Shown here in pieces: positions 1 through 9,124 of a DNA stretch of 64,000 nt. The stretch covers positions 1,692,168-1,756,167 of the forward strand of contig NZ_JAJQXW010000001.1 of assembly GCF_021246445.1 (NCBI RefSeq), read 5' to 3'. Numbering within the stretch: the first letter of the stretch is position 1; every line of letters begins with the position of its first letter. The translations under genes were made by a program, and so were the position numbers. The DNA is from Rhabdothermincola salaria (GTDB lineage Bacteria > Actinomycetota > Acidimicrobiia > Acidimicrobiales > Acidimicrobilacustridaceae). The notes below the pieces were generated by a model. The model did not search any database, had not been told where the DNA came from, and saw nothing but the letters and a program-made list of their open reading frames with translations.

Positions 1-114
1 GGACCAGTCGTCGAGAGGGAACTCGGTGCGGGCCTCGGCGGCATCGTCGTCGGAGGCGATGCCGGCCGCTGCGCCTTCGGTGTCGTCGGTTCCGTCACGG
101 AGGTGGTCGGCCAC
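1..114 (-). CDS. N-terminal fragment of a hypothetical protein running off the left edge
   Basis: Open frame from GTG 114 (MADHLRDGTDDTEGAAAG...EFPLDDWS) with GC-rich third positions; CATACT -10-like hexamer 6 nt upstream; divergent from glpX. Confidence 0.5.
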   Translation of the reverse strand, partial: MADHLRDGTDDTEGAAAGIASDDDAAEARTEFPLDDWS

Positions 115-203
115 CGTTGCAGTATGGCCCCTCGGACCCGGACGTCGGGCAACGGGCGGCCGCCGGGGCCGGCCCGTTCGGCGCACCCAAGTAGTCTCGG
201 CCC

Positions 204-1193
204 ATGGCAGAGACCAACGACTCCCAGCCGGATCGCAACCTCGCGCTCGACCTCGTGCGTGTCACCGAGGCAGCCGCCATGGCCGCCAGCCGGTGGATGG
301 GTCGGGGCGACAAGGAGGGCGCGGACGGCGCGGCGGTCGACGCCATGCGCCTGGTGCTCGGCACCGTCGCCATGGACGGCATCGTGGTCATCGGCGAGGG
401 GGAGAAGGACGAGGCGCCGATGCTCTACAACGGCGAGCGCATCGGCGACGGCTCCCCGCCCGAGGTCGACATCGCCGTCGACCCGGTGGAGGGGACGACC
501 CTCACCGCCAAGGGGCGGGGCAACGCCATCTCGGTCATCGCCCTGTCCGAGCGCGGCACCATGTTCGACCCGGGCCCCTGCGTCTACATGGACAAGGTCG
601 CCGTCGGCCCCGAGCTGGTCGGAGCCATCGACATCGCCGCCTCGCCGACCGACAACCTTCGCGCCGTGGCCCAGGCCAAGCGGGTAGCCGTCACCGAGGT
701 CACCGCGGTCATCCTCGAGCGTCCCCGCCACGACGACCTGATCGCCGAGGTCCGCCAGGCCGGGGCCCGCGTTCGGCTCATCCCCGACGGCGACGTGGCC
801 GGGGCCATCTCGACTGCGTGGCCCGACTCCGGCGCCGACATCCTCTTCGGAGTGGGCGGCACCCCCGAGGGCGTCATCACCGCCGCCGCCCTCAAGAGCA
901 TGGGCGGCGAGATCCAGGCCCGCCTCTGGCCACGCGACGACGCCGAGCGCCAGGCCGCACTCGACGCCGGCTACGACGTCGACCGGGTCCTCGGCACCGA
1001 CGACCTGGTCGCCGGTGACAACTGCTTCTTCGCCGCCACCGGCATCACCGACGGCGACCTCCTCAGGGGCGTGCACCTCGACGCCAGCAGTGCCACCACG
1101 CAGTCGCTGGTGATGCGCTCCAAGTCGGGCACGGTGCGGCTGGTCAACGCCCGCCACCGCCTCGACAAGTTCCGCTCCCAGTACGGGAGCTGA
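204..1193 (+). CDS. glpX: Class II fructose-1,6-bisphosphatase
   Basis: Motifs [51 protein letters not shown]. Confidence 0.97.
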   Translation: MAETNDSQPDRNLALDLVRVTEAAAMAASRWMGRGDKEGADGAAVDAMRLVLGTVAMDGIVVIGEGEKDEAPMLYNGERIGDGSPPEVDIAVDPVEGTTLTAKGRGNAISVIALSERGTMFDPGPCVYMDKVAVGPELVGAIDIAASPTDNLRAVAQAKRVAVTEVTAVILERPRHDDLIAEVRQAGARVRLIPDGDVAGAISTAWPDSGADILFGVGGTPEGVITAAALKSMGGEIQARLWPRDDAERQAALDAGYDVDRVLGTDDLVAGDNCFFAATGITDGDLLRGVHLDASSATTQSLVMRSKSGTVRLVNARHRLDKFRSQYGS

Positions 1194-1285
1194 GCGACCG
1201 GTCCACTCTTCCGAGCGGCCTCGGTCCGAGCGGGCCGGGGCCGCCGGGTGGGGTTCCGCGCTGGGACCCGAGGGCCTGACCGGCC

Positions 1286-1313
1286 CGACGGGCGGGCGGT
1301 GGCCCGCCCGTCG
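1286..1313. terminator. GC-rich hairpin between convergent glpX and desaturase genes
   Basis: CGACGGGCGGGC-ggtg-GCCCGCCCGTCG, perfect 12-bp stem; no U-tract. Confidence 0.55.
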
Positions 1314-1315
1314 CC

Positions 1316-2491
1316 TCAGCGGTCGATGACCGGGAACTGCTTCTGGCTGCGCTTGGCGACGCGAGCCAGCTCCTCGGCGGGCTCGATCGTGCGGTGCAAC
1401 AGCTCGTCGATGGCCACCTTCTGGGTCTCGATGGCCAGGTCGAGGGCGTCGCGGTCGGCGGCCAGCCCCTCCCCTGCGTCGTCAGCGGTGGCCGACAGGG
1501 CGGCGATGCGGTCGTCGACCCGCGCGTGGGCCACGTAGGCCTGGGCCTTGGCCCAGTGCGCCTTGTACATGCCCACGTCGAAGTTGCCGTCGGCGATGCG
1601 GTTCGACTGGAGGATCTCCTGGGTGGGCACCTTGAGGTCTTTCACGATGCCGACCCAGCTGAGGGCCTTGAGGATGTACCAGGTGACGTCGAGCTCCCAC
1701 CAGAAGAAGCCGTTGCGGGCCGACGACTGGTAGTAGTGGTGGTTGTTGTGCCAGCCCTCACCGAGGGTGGTGACGGCGATGAGCAGCGAGTTGCGGCTGG
1801 TGTCGTCGGTGACGTAGCGACGCCGACCCATCACGTGGGCCAGGCTGTTGACCAGGAACGTGTTGTGCCACAGCACCACGGTGCCGAGGAAGAAGCCGAA
1901 GAACAGCCCCGACCACCCGGCGATGAGGAAGCTGGCCACGCCCAGCACCCAGGGGAACATGCCGTCGTGGCGCTCGACGAAGCGGATCTCGGGGTACTTG
2001 GCGAAGTCGCGGATCTTGTCGGTGGGCGTGTCCTTGTACTTGTCGCACAGGATCCAGCCCACGTGGCTCCACCAGAACCCCCGCAGCGGTGAGTGGATGT
2101 CGACCTCGGTGTCGCTGTAGCGGTGGTGGTTGCGGTGGTGACCGGCCCACCACAGGGGGCCCTTCTGGACGCACATGGCCCCGCCGACGGCCAGGAAGAG
2201 CTGGAAGGCCCGATTGGTCTTGTAGGCCCGGTGGGCGAAGTAGCGGTGGTAGCCGGCGGTGATGAAGAAGGTGCGCCCCCACACCAGCACCACGAACAGC
2301 ACCAGGGCCTTCAGGGTGATGCCGAAGGCCAGCGTGCCCGCGACGGCGATGACGTGCACCATCAGGAACGGGATCGAGGCCCGCCAGTTGACGCGCTCCT
2401 CGGCGGAGCGTTCGAACGGTGCGGTGACCTTGGGGAGCACGGTGGTGCCGACCGCAGGATCCTCCACGACGGGGGTGGTGCTGGTGTCCAC
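1316..2491 (-). CDS. Membrane fatty acid (acyl-CoA delta-9-type) desaturase
   Basis: His boxes HRYFAH, HRNHH, HNNHH; GEGWHNNHH and WWELD motifs; TM segments. Confidence 0.93.
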   Translation of the reverse strand: MDTSTTPVVEDPAVGTTVLPKVTAPFERSAEERVNWRASIPFLMVHVIAVAGTLAFGITLKALVLFVVLVWGRTFFITAGYHRYFAHRAYKTNRAFQLFLAVGGAMCVQKGPLWWAGHHRNHHRYSDTEVDIHSPLRGFWWSHVGWILCDKYKDTPTDKIRDFAKYPEIRFVERHDGMFPWVLGVASFLIAGWSGLFFGFFLGTVVLWHNTFLVNSLAHVMGRRRYVTDDTSRNSLLIAVTTLGEGWHNNHHYYQSSARNGFFWWELDVTWYILKALSWVGIVKDLKVPTQEILQSNRIADGNFDVGMYKAHWAKAQAYVAHARVDDRIAALSATADDAGEGLAADRDALDLAIETQKVAIDELLHRTIEPAEELARVAKRSQKQFPVIDR

Positions 2492-2533
2492 GGGGCCTCG
2501 CTGACTGGGGGGAAGGTCGTTCGGACCAGTGCG

Positions 2534-2598
2534 TACCTACTGGCGCCTACCTACTGGTCGGTAGACACGATGACCCTACCCTACCTACTGGTCGGTAG
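2534..2598. promoter_or_regulatory. Repeated imperfect-palindromic operator upstream of the desaturase
   Basis: CTACCTACTGGTCGGTAG at 2547-2564 and 2581-2598, plus a partial TACCTACTGG at 2534-2543. Confidence 0.7.
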
Positions 2599-2756
2599 GC
2601 TACCACTGCGGACAGTCGTCACACGGTGTTCACCCGCGCCGGGACGCTCCTTTCCCACGCCCGATCCGTCGATGTCATCCAGCATGGCCCTCGGCTCCGT
2701 TCACTCGATGGGTGCCGACGTCGCCGACACCCCACGAGCGACGACACTGGAGCACG

Positions 2757-4421
2757 ATGCCCACCGACGCCTCCGCCCCTCGCTGGCCCGCCTCCCTGGC
2801 CGGCCTGATCGCGGCGGCCGTGGCGCTCGGCGTGGCCGAGCTGGTCACCGGGCTGTCGGCGAGCACCCGCTCGCTGGTGGCCTCGGTGGGCGACCAGGTC
2901 GTCGACCGCTCCCCCGGCGGCGTGGTCAAGTGGGCCATCGAGGTCTTCGGCACGGCCGACAAGGCCGTGCTGTTGACCAGCATCGTCGTCGTGTGCCTCG
3001 GTCTCGGGGCTCTGGTGGGCGCCGCCTCCCAGCGCCGTGCGTGGGCGGGACCGGCGGCCCTCGGCGCCGCGGCCGTCGCCGGCGCGGCCGCCGGCGTCGC
3101 CGACCCGCTCTCGTCCGACGCCGGTGCCGTCACCGCGGCCGTCCTGGCCTGGGCATCGGGCTCGCTCACCCTGTGGGCCCTGCTCGGCGTGGCCCGCACC
3201 GGAGGACCGCTGCCGGTGGCCACCCGCCGCCCGGTGGCAGCCACCGCCACCGCAACCGCCGTCTCGCGCGGGGCGACCGGCCCACGAGCGGCCGAGCCCA
3301 TGCCGGGTCTGCGCACCGACGACCTCGACGTCCCCGGCACCGGACGCGGCGATCGGCGGGCCTTCCTGGCCTGGACGGGTGCCGCCACCGCCTTCGCCGG
3401 GGTCGCCGCCCTGGGCGGACGGTCCCTGGCCGGTCGCACCTCGGCGGAGGCGGCCCGCGCCGAGATCGTGCTGCCTCCCGCCCCCTCCGGCGCCGCGGTC
3501 CCCGGCCCGGGCCTCACCGTCGACGGCGTCAGCCCGCTGATCACCCCCACCGCCGACTTCTACCGCATCGACACCGCCCTGGTGCTCCCGCAGGTCGGCG
3601 TCGACGGTTGGTCCCTGGAGGTCGCCGGGGCCACACCCGAGCCCTACTCGCTCACGTTCGACGAGCTCCTCGACATGCCCATGGTCGAGGCGCCGGTGAC
3701 CATCGCCTGCGTCTCCAACGAGGTGGGCGGCGACCTGGTCGGCACCGCCGTGTGGCAGGGCGTCCCCCTCACCGCGGTGCTCGAGCGGGCGGGGCTGCGG
3801 GCCGGCGAGGTGCCCGACGACGCCGCCCAGCTGGTGGGGCGTTCCGTCGACGGCTTCACCGTCGGCTTCCCCACCGAGACCGCACTCGACGGGCGGGTGG
3901 CCATGGTCGCGGTCGGCATGAACGGCGAGCCCCTGCCCGTGCGCCACGGCTTCCCGGCCCGCCTGGTGGTCGCCGGCCTCTACGGCTACGTGTCGGCCAC
4001 CAAGTGGCTGTCCCGCCTCGAGCTCACCGGCTGGGACGACTTCGACGCCTACTGGATCCCACGGGGCTGGGCCAAGGAGGCCCCGGTCAAGACCCAGTCA
4101 CGCATCGACGTGCCGCGCACCGGAGCGGGCCTGGTGGCCGGACCCGTCGCCGTCGCCGGCGTGGCTTGGGCCCCCACCCGGGGCATCAGCCAGGTCGAGG
4201 TCCAGGTCGACGACGGTCCTTGGCAGGAGGCCCGTCTGAGCGACGGCGCCAACAGCGACGTGTGGCGCCAGTGGGCCATCGACTGGGACGCCACCCCGGG
4301 CGAGCACCGGCTGCGCGTACGAGCCACCGACGGCGAGGGCGAGACGCAGACCGAGGAGCGCTCGCGGGTGGCGCCCGACGGCGCCACCGGGTGGCACACC
4401 CGCACGGTGCAGGTCAGCTGA
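2757..4421 (+). CDS. Membrane-anchored molybdopterin-dependent oxidoreductase (sulfite oxidase family)
   Basis: FYRIDTAL, IACVSNEVGG (Mo-ligand Cys), MNGEPLP..HGFPARL, GLYGYVSATKWL; N-terminal TM helices and an internal RRAFL motif; start chosen at ATG 2757. Confidence 0.9.
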   Translation: MPTDASAPRWPASLAGLIAAAVALGVAELVTGLSASTRSLVASVGDQVVDRSPGGVVKWAIEVFGTADKAVLLTSIVVVCLGLGALVGAASQRRAWAGPAALGAAAVAGAAAGVADPLSSDAGAVTAAVLAWASGSLTLWALLGVARTGGPLPVATRRPVAATATATAVSRGATGPRAAEPMPGLRTDDLDVPGTGRGDRRAFLAWTGAATAFAGVAALGGRSLAGRTSAEAARAEIVLPPAPSGAAVPGPGLTVDGVSPLITPTADFYRIDTALVLPQVGVDGWSLEVAGATPEPYSLTFDELLDMPMVEAPVTIACVSNEVGGDLVGTAVWQGVPLTAVLERAGLRAGEVPDDAAQLVGRSVDGFTVGFPTETALDGRVAMVAVGMNGEPLPVRHGFPARLVVAGLYGYVSATKWLSRLELTGWDDFDAYWIPRGWAKEAPVKTQSRIDVPRTGAGLVAGPVAVAGVAWAPTRGISQVEVQVDDGPWQEARLSDGANSDVWRQWAIDWDATPGEHRLRVRATDGEGETQTEERSRVAPDGATGWHTRTVQVS

Positions 4422-5460
4422 CCGAGCTCTGGGCGGCGCGGCGGAGGCGGTCGCGCACCGCCACCCCGATGCCGGCCGCCGGCGGGGGCACGCACACCAC
4501 CACGTCGAGACCGAGCCGGTCGGCCTGACGGAGGCGGGCGTAGAGCAGCCGGGCGTAGTCGGGTGGTGGCCCGACCGGTTCGAGGACCACCGCGTCGGTG
4601 GCCACGCCGTCGATGGCCCCCGGCGCCAACAGCCCCACGGCGGGACCGTGCCCGGTGGCCGGATCGGTGGCGGCGAGGAGGGTGGCGATCCGGGCGGCGG
4701 CGGCGTCTTCGTCGAGCACCTCCACCCGGGCCCGGGGGGCGTAGTGGGCGGCCAGCATCCCCGGGGCACGAGCCCCGACGGACCCGCGAGGGGCGTCGGT
4801 CGCGGCGGCCGGCTCGCGACCGAGGACCTCGGCGAGGCGCTCGGTGCTGACACCGCCGGGACGCAGCACCACGGCCTCGGCGCCGGTCAGGTCGACGATC
4901 GTGGACTCCACCCCCACCTCGCAGGGGCCGCCGTCGAGGATCAGGTCGACGTGGCCTCGCAGCTCGCTGAGCACGTGCGCCGCGGTCGTGGGGCTGACGC
5001 GGCCGAACCGGTTGGCGGAGGGCGCGGCCACCCCGCCACCGAAGCGGGTCAGCAGGGCGCGGGCCACGGGGTGGTCCGGCACGCGCACGCCGACCGTGGG
5101 CCGCCCACCGGTGACCACGTCGGGGACGTCCGGTGCCCGCCACAGCAACATCGTGAGGGGGCCGGGCCAGAACGCGTCGGCCAGCAGGTGGGCCTCGGGA
5201 GGAACCCGCTCGGCCCACTGGTCGAGGGCTTCGAGATCGCCCAGGTGCACGATCAGGGGGTGGGTCGGCGGTCGCCCCTTGGCCGTGAAGATCGAGGCCA
5301 CGGCGTCCGGGGCGGCCGCGTCGGCCCCCAGGCCGTACACGGTCTCGGTGGGGAAGGCCACCAACCCCCCGTCCCGCAGCACCGCCACGGCGCGATCGAG
5401 GCCCGCCTCGCCGTCGACGATCGCCGCGTCGTCGCCCGTCTCGGCATCGTCGCCCACCAT
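4414..5460 (-). CDS. sua5: L-threonylcarbamoyladenylate synthase (Sua5 type)
   Basis: VAFPTETVYGLGADA, KGRP, FWPGPLT, APSANRFG, GVESTIVD; C-terminal Sua5 domain (PGMLAAHYAP). Confidence 0.95.
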   Translation of the reverse strand: MVGDDAETGDDAAIVDGEAGLDRAVAVLRDGGLVAFPTETVYGLGADAAAPDAVASIFTAKGRPPTHPLIVHLGDLEALDQWAERVPPEAHLLADAFWPGPLTMLLWRAPDVPDVVTGGRPTVGVRVPDHPVARALLTRFGGGVAAPSANRFGRVSPTTAAHVLSELRGHVDLILDGGPCEVGVESTIVDLTGAEAVVLRPGGVSTERLAEVLGREPAAATDAPRGSVGARAPGMLAAHYAPRARVEVLDEDAAAARIATLLAATDPATGHGPAVGLLAPGAIDGVATDAVVLEPVGPPPDYARLLYARLRQADRLGLDVVVCVPPPAAGIGVAVRDRLRRAAQSSVS

Positions 5461-5555
5461 GAGGGGAGCCTACCGACCACCCGGGAGGAGGCCGCCCGAT
5501 CGAGCGCGGGCCGCCCGGCTGGACCATCCTCACTGCGTCGAGCAAAGGAGGCCAG

Positions 5556-6011
5556 GTGAAGCAACGACCGGAGGGAGCATCGGACGAGGCGGTGGAGGCG
5601 GTCGGGAAGTTCTCCGAGGCCGTGGAGTACCTGATCCGCGCCCGCGGACACCTGTACTCGGCTCATCAGCTGATCGGCCACGCCGATCTGCTCTTCGACG
5701 AGGTCGCCGACGGTCTCGAGCAGGCCGGGCTCGTCGAGGAGGCCGGGCGGGTCCGCGAGGAGGTCATCGGTCGCAACGTGCTCGACGGCCGCTGGACCTT
5801 CCAGATCGTCGAGGAGTTCGACGAGCTCTACTTCCACCCGGTCCAGGCCGAGCTCGATCGCCTCGAGCGCGACCACATGGATGGGCAACGCCACGTCTTC
5901 GAGAGCGAGCTCAAGGAACGACGGCGCTCCCGCGGCCGCCCGGGCCACGAGCCGCGCCCGCGGGCCGCCCACGACCCCCGCGTCGAGACGAACCCCGACA
6001 CCGACGGCTGA
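5556..6011 (+). CDS. Hypothetical protein, helical and acidic
   Basis: AAGGAGG RBS before GTG; strong codon bias; RARGHLYSAHQLIGHAD...GRWTFQIVEEFD. Confidence 0.8.
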   Translation: MKQRPEGASDEAVEAVGKFSEAVEYLIRARGHLYSAHQLIGHADLLFDEVADGLEQAGLVEEAGRVREEVIGRNVLDGRWTFQIVEEFDELYFHPVQAELDRLERDHMDGQRHVFESELKERRRSRGRPGHEPRPRAAHDPRVETNPDTDG

Positions 6012-6026
6012 GCCCGCACCCCCGGC

Positions 6027-6944
6027 TCAGGCGTGGGCCACCACCTCGCGGCGGAACCACTCCACGTTCTCCAGCCAGGCCGCCCGGCTCGGCGACGGAA
6101 GGGTGATCGACAGAGCGGTCACCCCGAGCTCGGCCTGGGCGTGCACCTGCTCGACCAGCGGGCCGGCCTCGGGCAGCTCCTCGCGGAACCCGTCGAGCCC
6201 GATGGGCATGAACACGATGTCGAGGGGGTCGGTGCGGCCCACCTTCTCGACGTGGCCCCGCAGGTAGGCGATGCGGTCGCGGAGGTCGTCGAGGGTCTCG
6301 AGCGGCGGCGTGCGCAACAGGCGCGTGGCCCCGGCGGGGCTCGGCATGGGCAGCCAGCCGTCGGCCCGCTCGACCGATCGCCGGATGGCCAGGTTGGAGT
6401 TGCCGCCGATCCAGATCGGCGGGTTGGGGCGCTGCACCGGGCGTGGGAGGGCCAGGGCGTTCTCCGCGACGAAGTGCGTGCCCTCGAAATCGAACGGCTC
6501 GCCCTTCCAGGCGGCCTTCATGGCGTCGATGGCCTCGTCGGTGAGCAGGTTGCGCTCGTCGAAGTCGACACCCAACGCCGCGAACTCCGAACGCAGGTAG
6601 CCGGCGCCGGTGCCCACGACCACCCGCCCGCCCGACACGGTGTCGAGGGTGGCCACCGCCTTGGCGGTGAGGAACGGGTTGCGGTAGGCGACGATCACCA
6701 GGTTGGTCTGCAACCGCACCCGGGTGGTGGCCGTGGCGGCCACGGTGAGCGCCACGAACGGGTCGAGCGTGTGGTGCCCGCCGCGGCTGAGCCACTTGGC
6801 GTCGGGGATCGGGTGGTCGGTGACGTTGACGGCGTCGACGCCGGCGTCCTCGGCCGCCCGGGCCATGACGGTGATGGCCTCGGCGCTGCACCACTCCTCC
6901 ACCGGATCGACGTTGTGGACCGGCAGGCCGAGGGTGAACTTCAT
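6027..6944 (-). CDS. LLM-class (probably F420-dependent) oxidoreductase
   Basis: VTDH, DPFVAL..AAT, RNPFLTAKAVATLD.VSGGR, PPIWIGGNS; start at ATG 6944 (MKFTLGLP). Confidence 0.9.
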   Translation of the reverse strand: MKFTLGLPVHNVDPVEEWCSAEAITVMARAAEDAGVDAVNVTDHPIPDAKWLSRGGHHTLDPFVALTVAATATTRVRLQTNLVIVAYRNPFLTAKAVATLDTVSGGRVVVGTGAGYLRSEFAALGVDFDERNLLTDEAIDAMKAAWKGEPFDFEGTHFVAENALALPRPVQRPNPPIWIGGNSNLAIRRSVERADGWLPMPSPAGATRLLRTPPLETLDDLRDRIAYLRGHVEKVGRTDPLDIVFMPIGLDGFREELPEAGPLVEQVHAQAELGVTALSITLPSPSRAAWLENVEWFRREVVAHA

Positions 6945-7173
6945 GGTGCGGGCTTCCTCTCGCAGGAGATCGACAGCAGGGCGCGACGACGAGCCCGGCC
7001 ACCCTACCGACGCCCCCACCGCCACCCCGGCCCGCCCCGTTCCACCCGTCTGCCCGCCGCGAACCCGCCGGAGTCGAGCGCCACCCCGGCGCCCGGGTGC
7101 GACGACCGCGGGTCCCGGACCCCGGGTCCGGTCGACGACGGGCCGTGCGGTGGTGCTCACTACAGTGCGGTTC

Positions 7174-7332
7174 GTGCTCAGCTCCGACCTCGCCGTCGTG
7201 CTCCTCGCGGTCTCGTGGCCGGCCGTCGTCGCCGCGGTCGTGGCCGTCCTGGCGGTGTTGCTGTGGGGCATGTTGCGGCGCGGCTCGATCGCGGATCGGG
7301 CCCGGCACGACTACCCCGCCGACGACGACTGA
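7174..7332 (+). CDS. Small single-pass membrane protein (52 aa)
   Basis: Hydrophobic stretch SWPAVVAAVVAVLAVLLWGML followed by RRG; TACAGT -10-like hexamer 7 nt before GTG; 3' end overlaps the TetR gene convergently. Confidence 0.5.
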   Translation: MLSSDLAVVLLAVSWPAVVAAVVAVLAVLLWGMLRRGSIADRARHDYPADDD

Positions 7333-7997
7333 GAGCTCGTGGGGGGCAGGTCACCGGTGACGGTGACGAAGAGCAGGCGGGCCATGGCCTGGCGGAGGTC
7401 GGTCGCCGGGGCGCCCCACTGCTCGAGGCCCTCGTGGTGGGCCGCCACGTGGGCCAGCATCGAGATGGCCACGCCGGCCTCGGCGCGGGCGTCGAGGCCG
7501 ACCGGCGACCCCGCGGCTCGTCGCTCGGTGAGGATGTCGACGAGCGCTTCGGAGGGTTGGCTCAGGAACCGGGTGCGCAGGGCCCGGAACCGCTGGTCCC
7601 CCTCGTCGGTGGCCAGGTCGACGACCCGCAGCACCGCCCGGTGTCGATCCCAGACATCGAGGAACCCATCGGCCACCCCCATGGCGCTCGACCAGGCGGA
7701 CGGGCCGCCCCACGGGCGGTCGCGGACGAGGGAGGCCAGCTCGGGCCCACAGGTCTCGACCATCTCCTCGGCGAGGGCGAGCACGGCTTCCTCGACGTCG
7801 CCGAAGTACTGGTAGAAGGCCGCCGGCGACATCTGGGCGGCGCGGGCGATGTCGACGACCCGGACCTCGCGGTAGGTGGACGAGCCCAACAGGTCAGCCG
7901 TGCGGTCGAGGAGCCGCTGTCGGGTGCGCTGGCCCCGACGCCCCATGGCGCGCGGCCCCACCACCGTACGGGTGGGCTGCAACGCAGGATCGGACAC
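7311..7997 (-). CDS. TetR/AcrR family transcriptional regulator
   Basis: HTH TRQRLLD...VVDIARAAQMSPAAFYQYF. Confidence 0.93.
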   Translation of the reverse strand: MSDPALQPTRTVVGPRAMGRRGQRTRQRLLDRTADLLGSSTYREVRVVDIARAAQMSPAAFYQYFGDVEEAVLALAEEMVETCGPELASLVRDRPWGGPSAWSSAMGVADGFLDVWDRHRAVLRVVDLATDEGDQRFRALRTRFLSQPSEALVDILTERRAAGSPVGLDARAEAGVAISMLAHVAAHHEGLEQWGAPATDLRQAMARLLFVTVTGDLPPTSSQSSSAG

Positions 7998-8023
7998 CCG
8001 GCCAGGCTAGGGCCGCCGACACT

Positions 8024-8210
8024 TTGCTCCGGTCGGCAAGCCTCCCTCCGCCGGCTTCGCCGAAACGCGTGGCCGGTCCGAGCCTCCGTCGCTGCGCTCC
8101 TTCGGCTGTTGCGAGTCGCAACAACTTGCTCCGGTCGGCAAGCCTCCCTCCGCCGCCTTCGGCGAAACGCGAGCGCTGACTGAGGCTCCGTCGCTGCGCT
8201 CCTCCGCCTG
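8024..8210 (+). repeat. Two tandem REP-like repeat units (form A), period 102 bp
   Basis: TTGCTCCGGTCGGCAAGCCTCCCTCCGCCG...GAAACGCG...CTCCGTCGCTGCGCTCC at 8024 and 8126; palindrome TGTTGCGA-g-TCGCAACA at the junction. Confidence 0.9.
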
Positions 8211-8241
8211 CTGCAAGTTGGATGACGGCCTGCGCCAGCAA

Positions 8242-8447
8242 GTCGGGGCCGAGCGGGTCCCGGGGGGTGGCCCGTACCACTGGTTCTGACGCGCGCACGG
8301 GAGCGAGTGCGGCTCGGCCACCGCAGCCTGCACTCGACGAAGGGTTCGTCGACCCACGCCCGAGCTCGACGAAGCCGCCGCTGCGAGCGACCGAGCACGT
8401 CAGGTTCTGGTGCGGGACAGGACCTGCCGGGACCCCGAGGACCCGAC
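8242..8447. ncRNA. Candidate ~205-nt structured RNA or non-autonomous element; family not recognised
   Basis: Four nested end-to-end helices (8242-50/8439-47, 8255-63/8427-35, 8271-79/8408-16, 8286-91/8398-403) enclosing internal hairpins. Confidence 0.45.
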
Positions 8448-8450
8448 ACC

Positions 8451-8500
8451 GGGAGCGCGACCCGCCCACACCGCGTCCCGACGAGCTCGCGAGGAGGGCG
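8451..8500 (-). repeat. REP-like repeat unit (form B, partial)
   Basis: GCGACCCGCCCACACCGCGTCCCGACGAGCTCGCGAGGAGGGCG, matching the copies at 11741 and 11848. Confidence 0.9.
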
Positions 8501-8506
8501 CAGTAG

Positions 8507-9124
8507 TTACGGCCAGGCGGCGAGGACCTCGTCGGTGGTGGTGACGGTGCTGATCAAGCGGAAGGTGTTGTCGAGGAGGGCCTCGGCGTAGTCGCGGGGC
8601 ACCCCGGCGACGGCGTCGCGCGGGACCACCACGTGGTAGCCGTGGTTGACCAGCCCGATGGAGAGCCCGAGCAGGGCCACGTTGACCGACACGCCGACCA
8701 CGATGACCGTGCGGATGCCGAGGTTGCGCAGCACCGGGTCGAGGTCGGTGCCGCCGATCGGATCGAGCCCGTGGTAGCGGCCGAGCACCATGTCGTCGGG
8801 GGCGAGACCGAAGTCCGGGATGGGCGCCGCCGCCTCGCTGCCCGGCTCCATCGCCGGCGAGGACGTGTTCATGGCCACGAACAACCGGCCGTTGGTGTTG
8901 GCCGCCCGGTTGTCGGCACGGCGCCAGAAGACGCCGTGGATCACCTGCACGCCGGCAGTGCGGGCGGCGTGGACGAGGCGGCCCCCGTTGGGCACGACGG
9001 TGTCGGCGGCCGCCTCGGCCAGCTGGGGCAACGCCGACTCGGGTCCGAGGACGCCGTTCTGGCACTCGGAGGCCACCACCGCGGTCGTCGACGGCTCCAG
9101 CAGCGGCCGGAGGTCGACCGCCAT
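8507..9124 (-). CDS. Isochorismatase / cysteine hydrolase family protein
   Basis: VASECQNGV, TDLDPVLRNLGIRTVIVVGVSVN, VVVPRDAVAG; ATG overlaps the upstream stop. Confidence 0.88.
   Translation of the reverse strand: MAVDLRPLLEPSTTAVVASECQNGVLGPESALPQLAEAAADTVVPNGGRLVHAARTAGVQVIHGVFWRRADNRAANTNGRLFVAMNTSSPAMEPGSEAAAPIPDFGLAPDDMVLGRYHGLDPIGGTDLDPVLRNLGIRTVIVVGVSVNVALLGLSIGLVNHGYHVVVPRDAVAGVPRDYAEALLDNTFRLISTVTTTDEVLAAWP

Noticed and set aside
2093..4528. Very long alternative-frame ORFs (for example 811 aa here, 716 aa at 6033, 828 aa at 24077)
   Set aside because: They are Arg/Pro/Gly-rich or antisense shadows of real genes, as expected at this GC content, with no recognisable motifs.
8024..8210. 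CRISPR array from the tandem repeats here and at 11741-11914
   Set aside because: Units are 65-85 nt, diverged, only two per tandem, without regular unique spacers, and no cas genes are present.
8277..8428. Cobalamin riboswitch (CCACTG...CGGGA...GACCTGCC fragments)
   Set aside because: The conserved 5' core (GGGAA..GGTG.AA.TCC) is missing, and the next gene is convergent on that strand.
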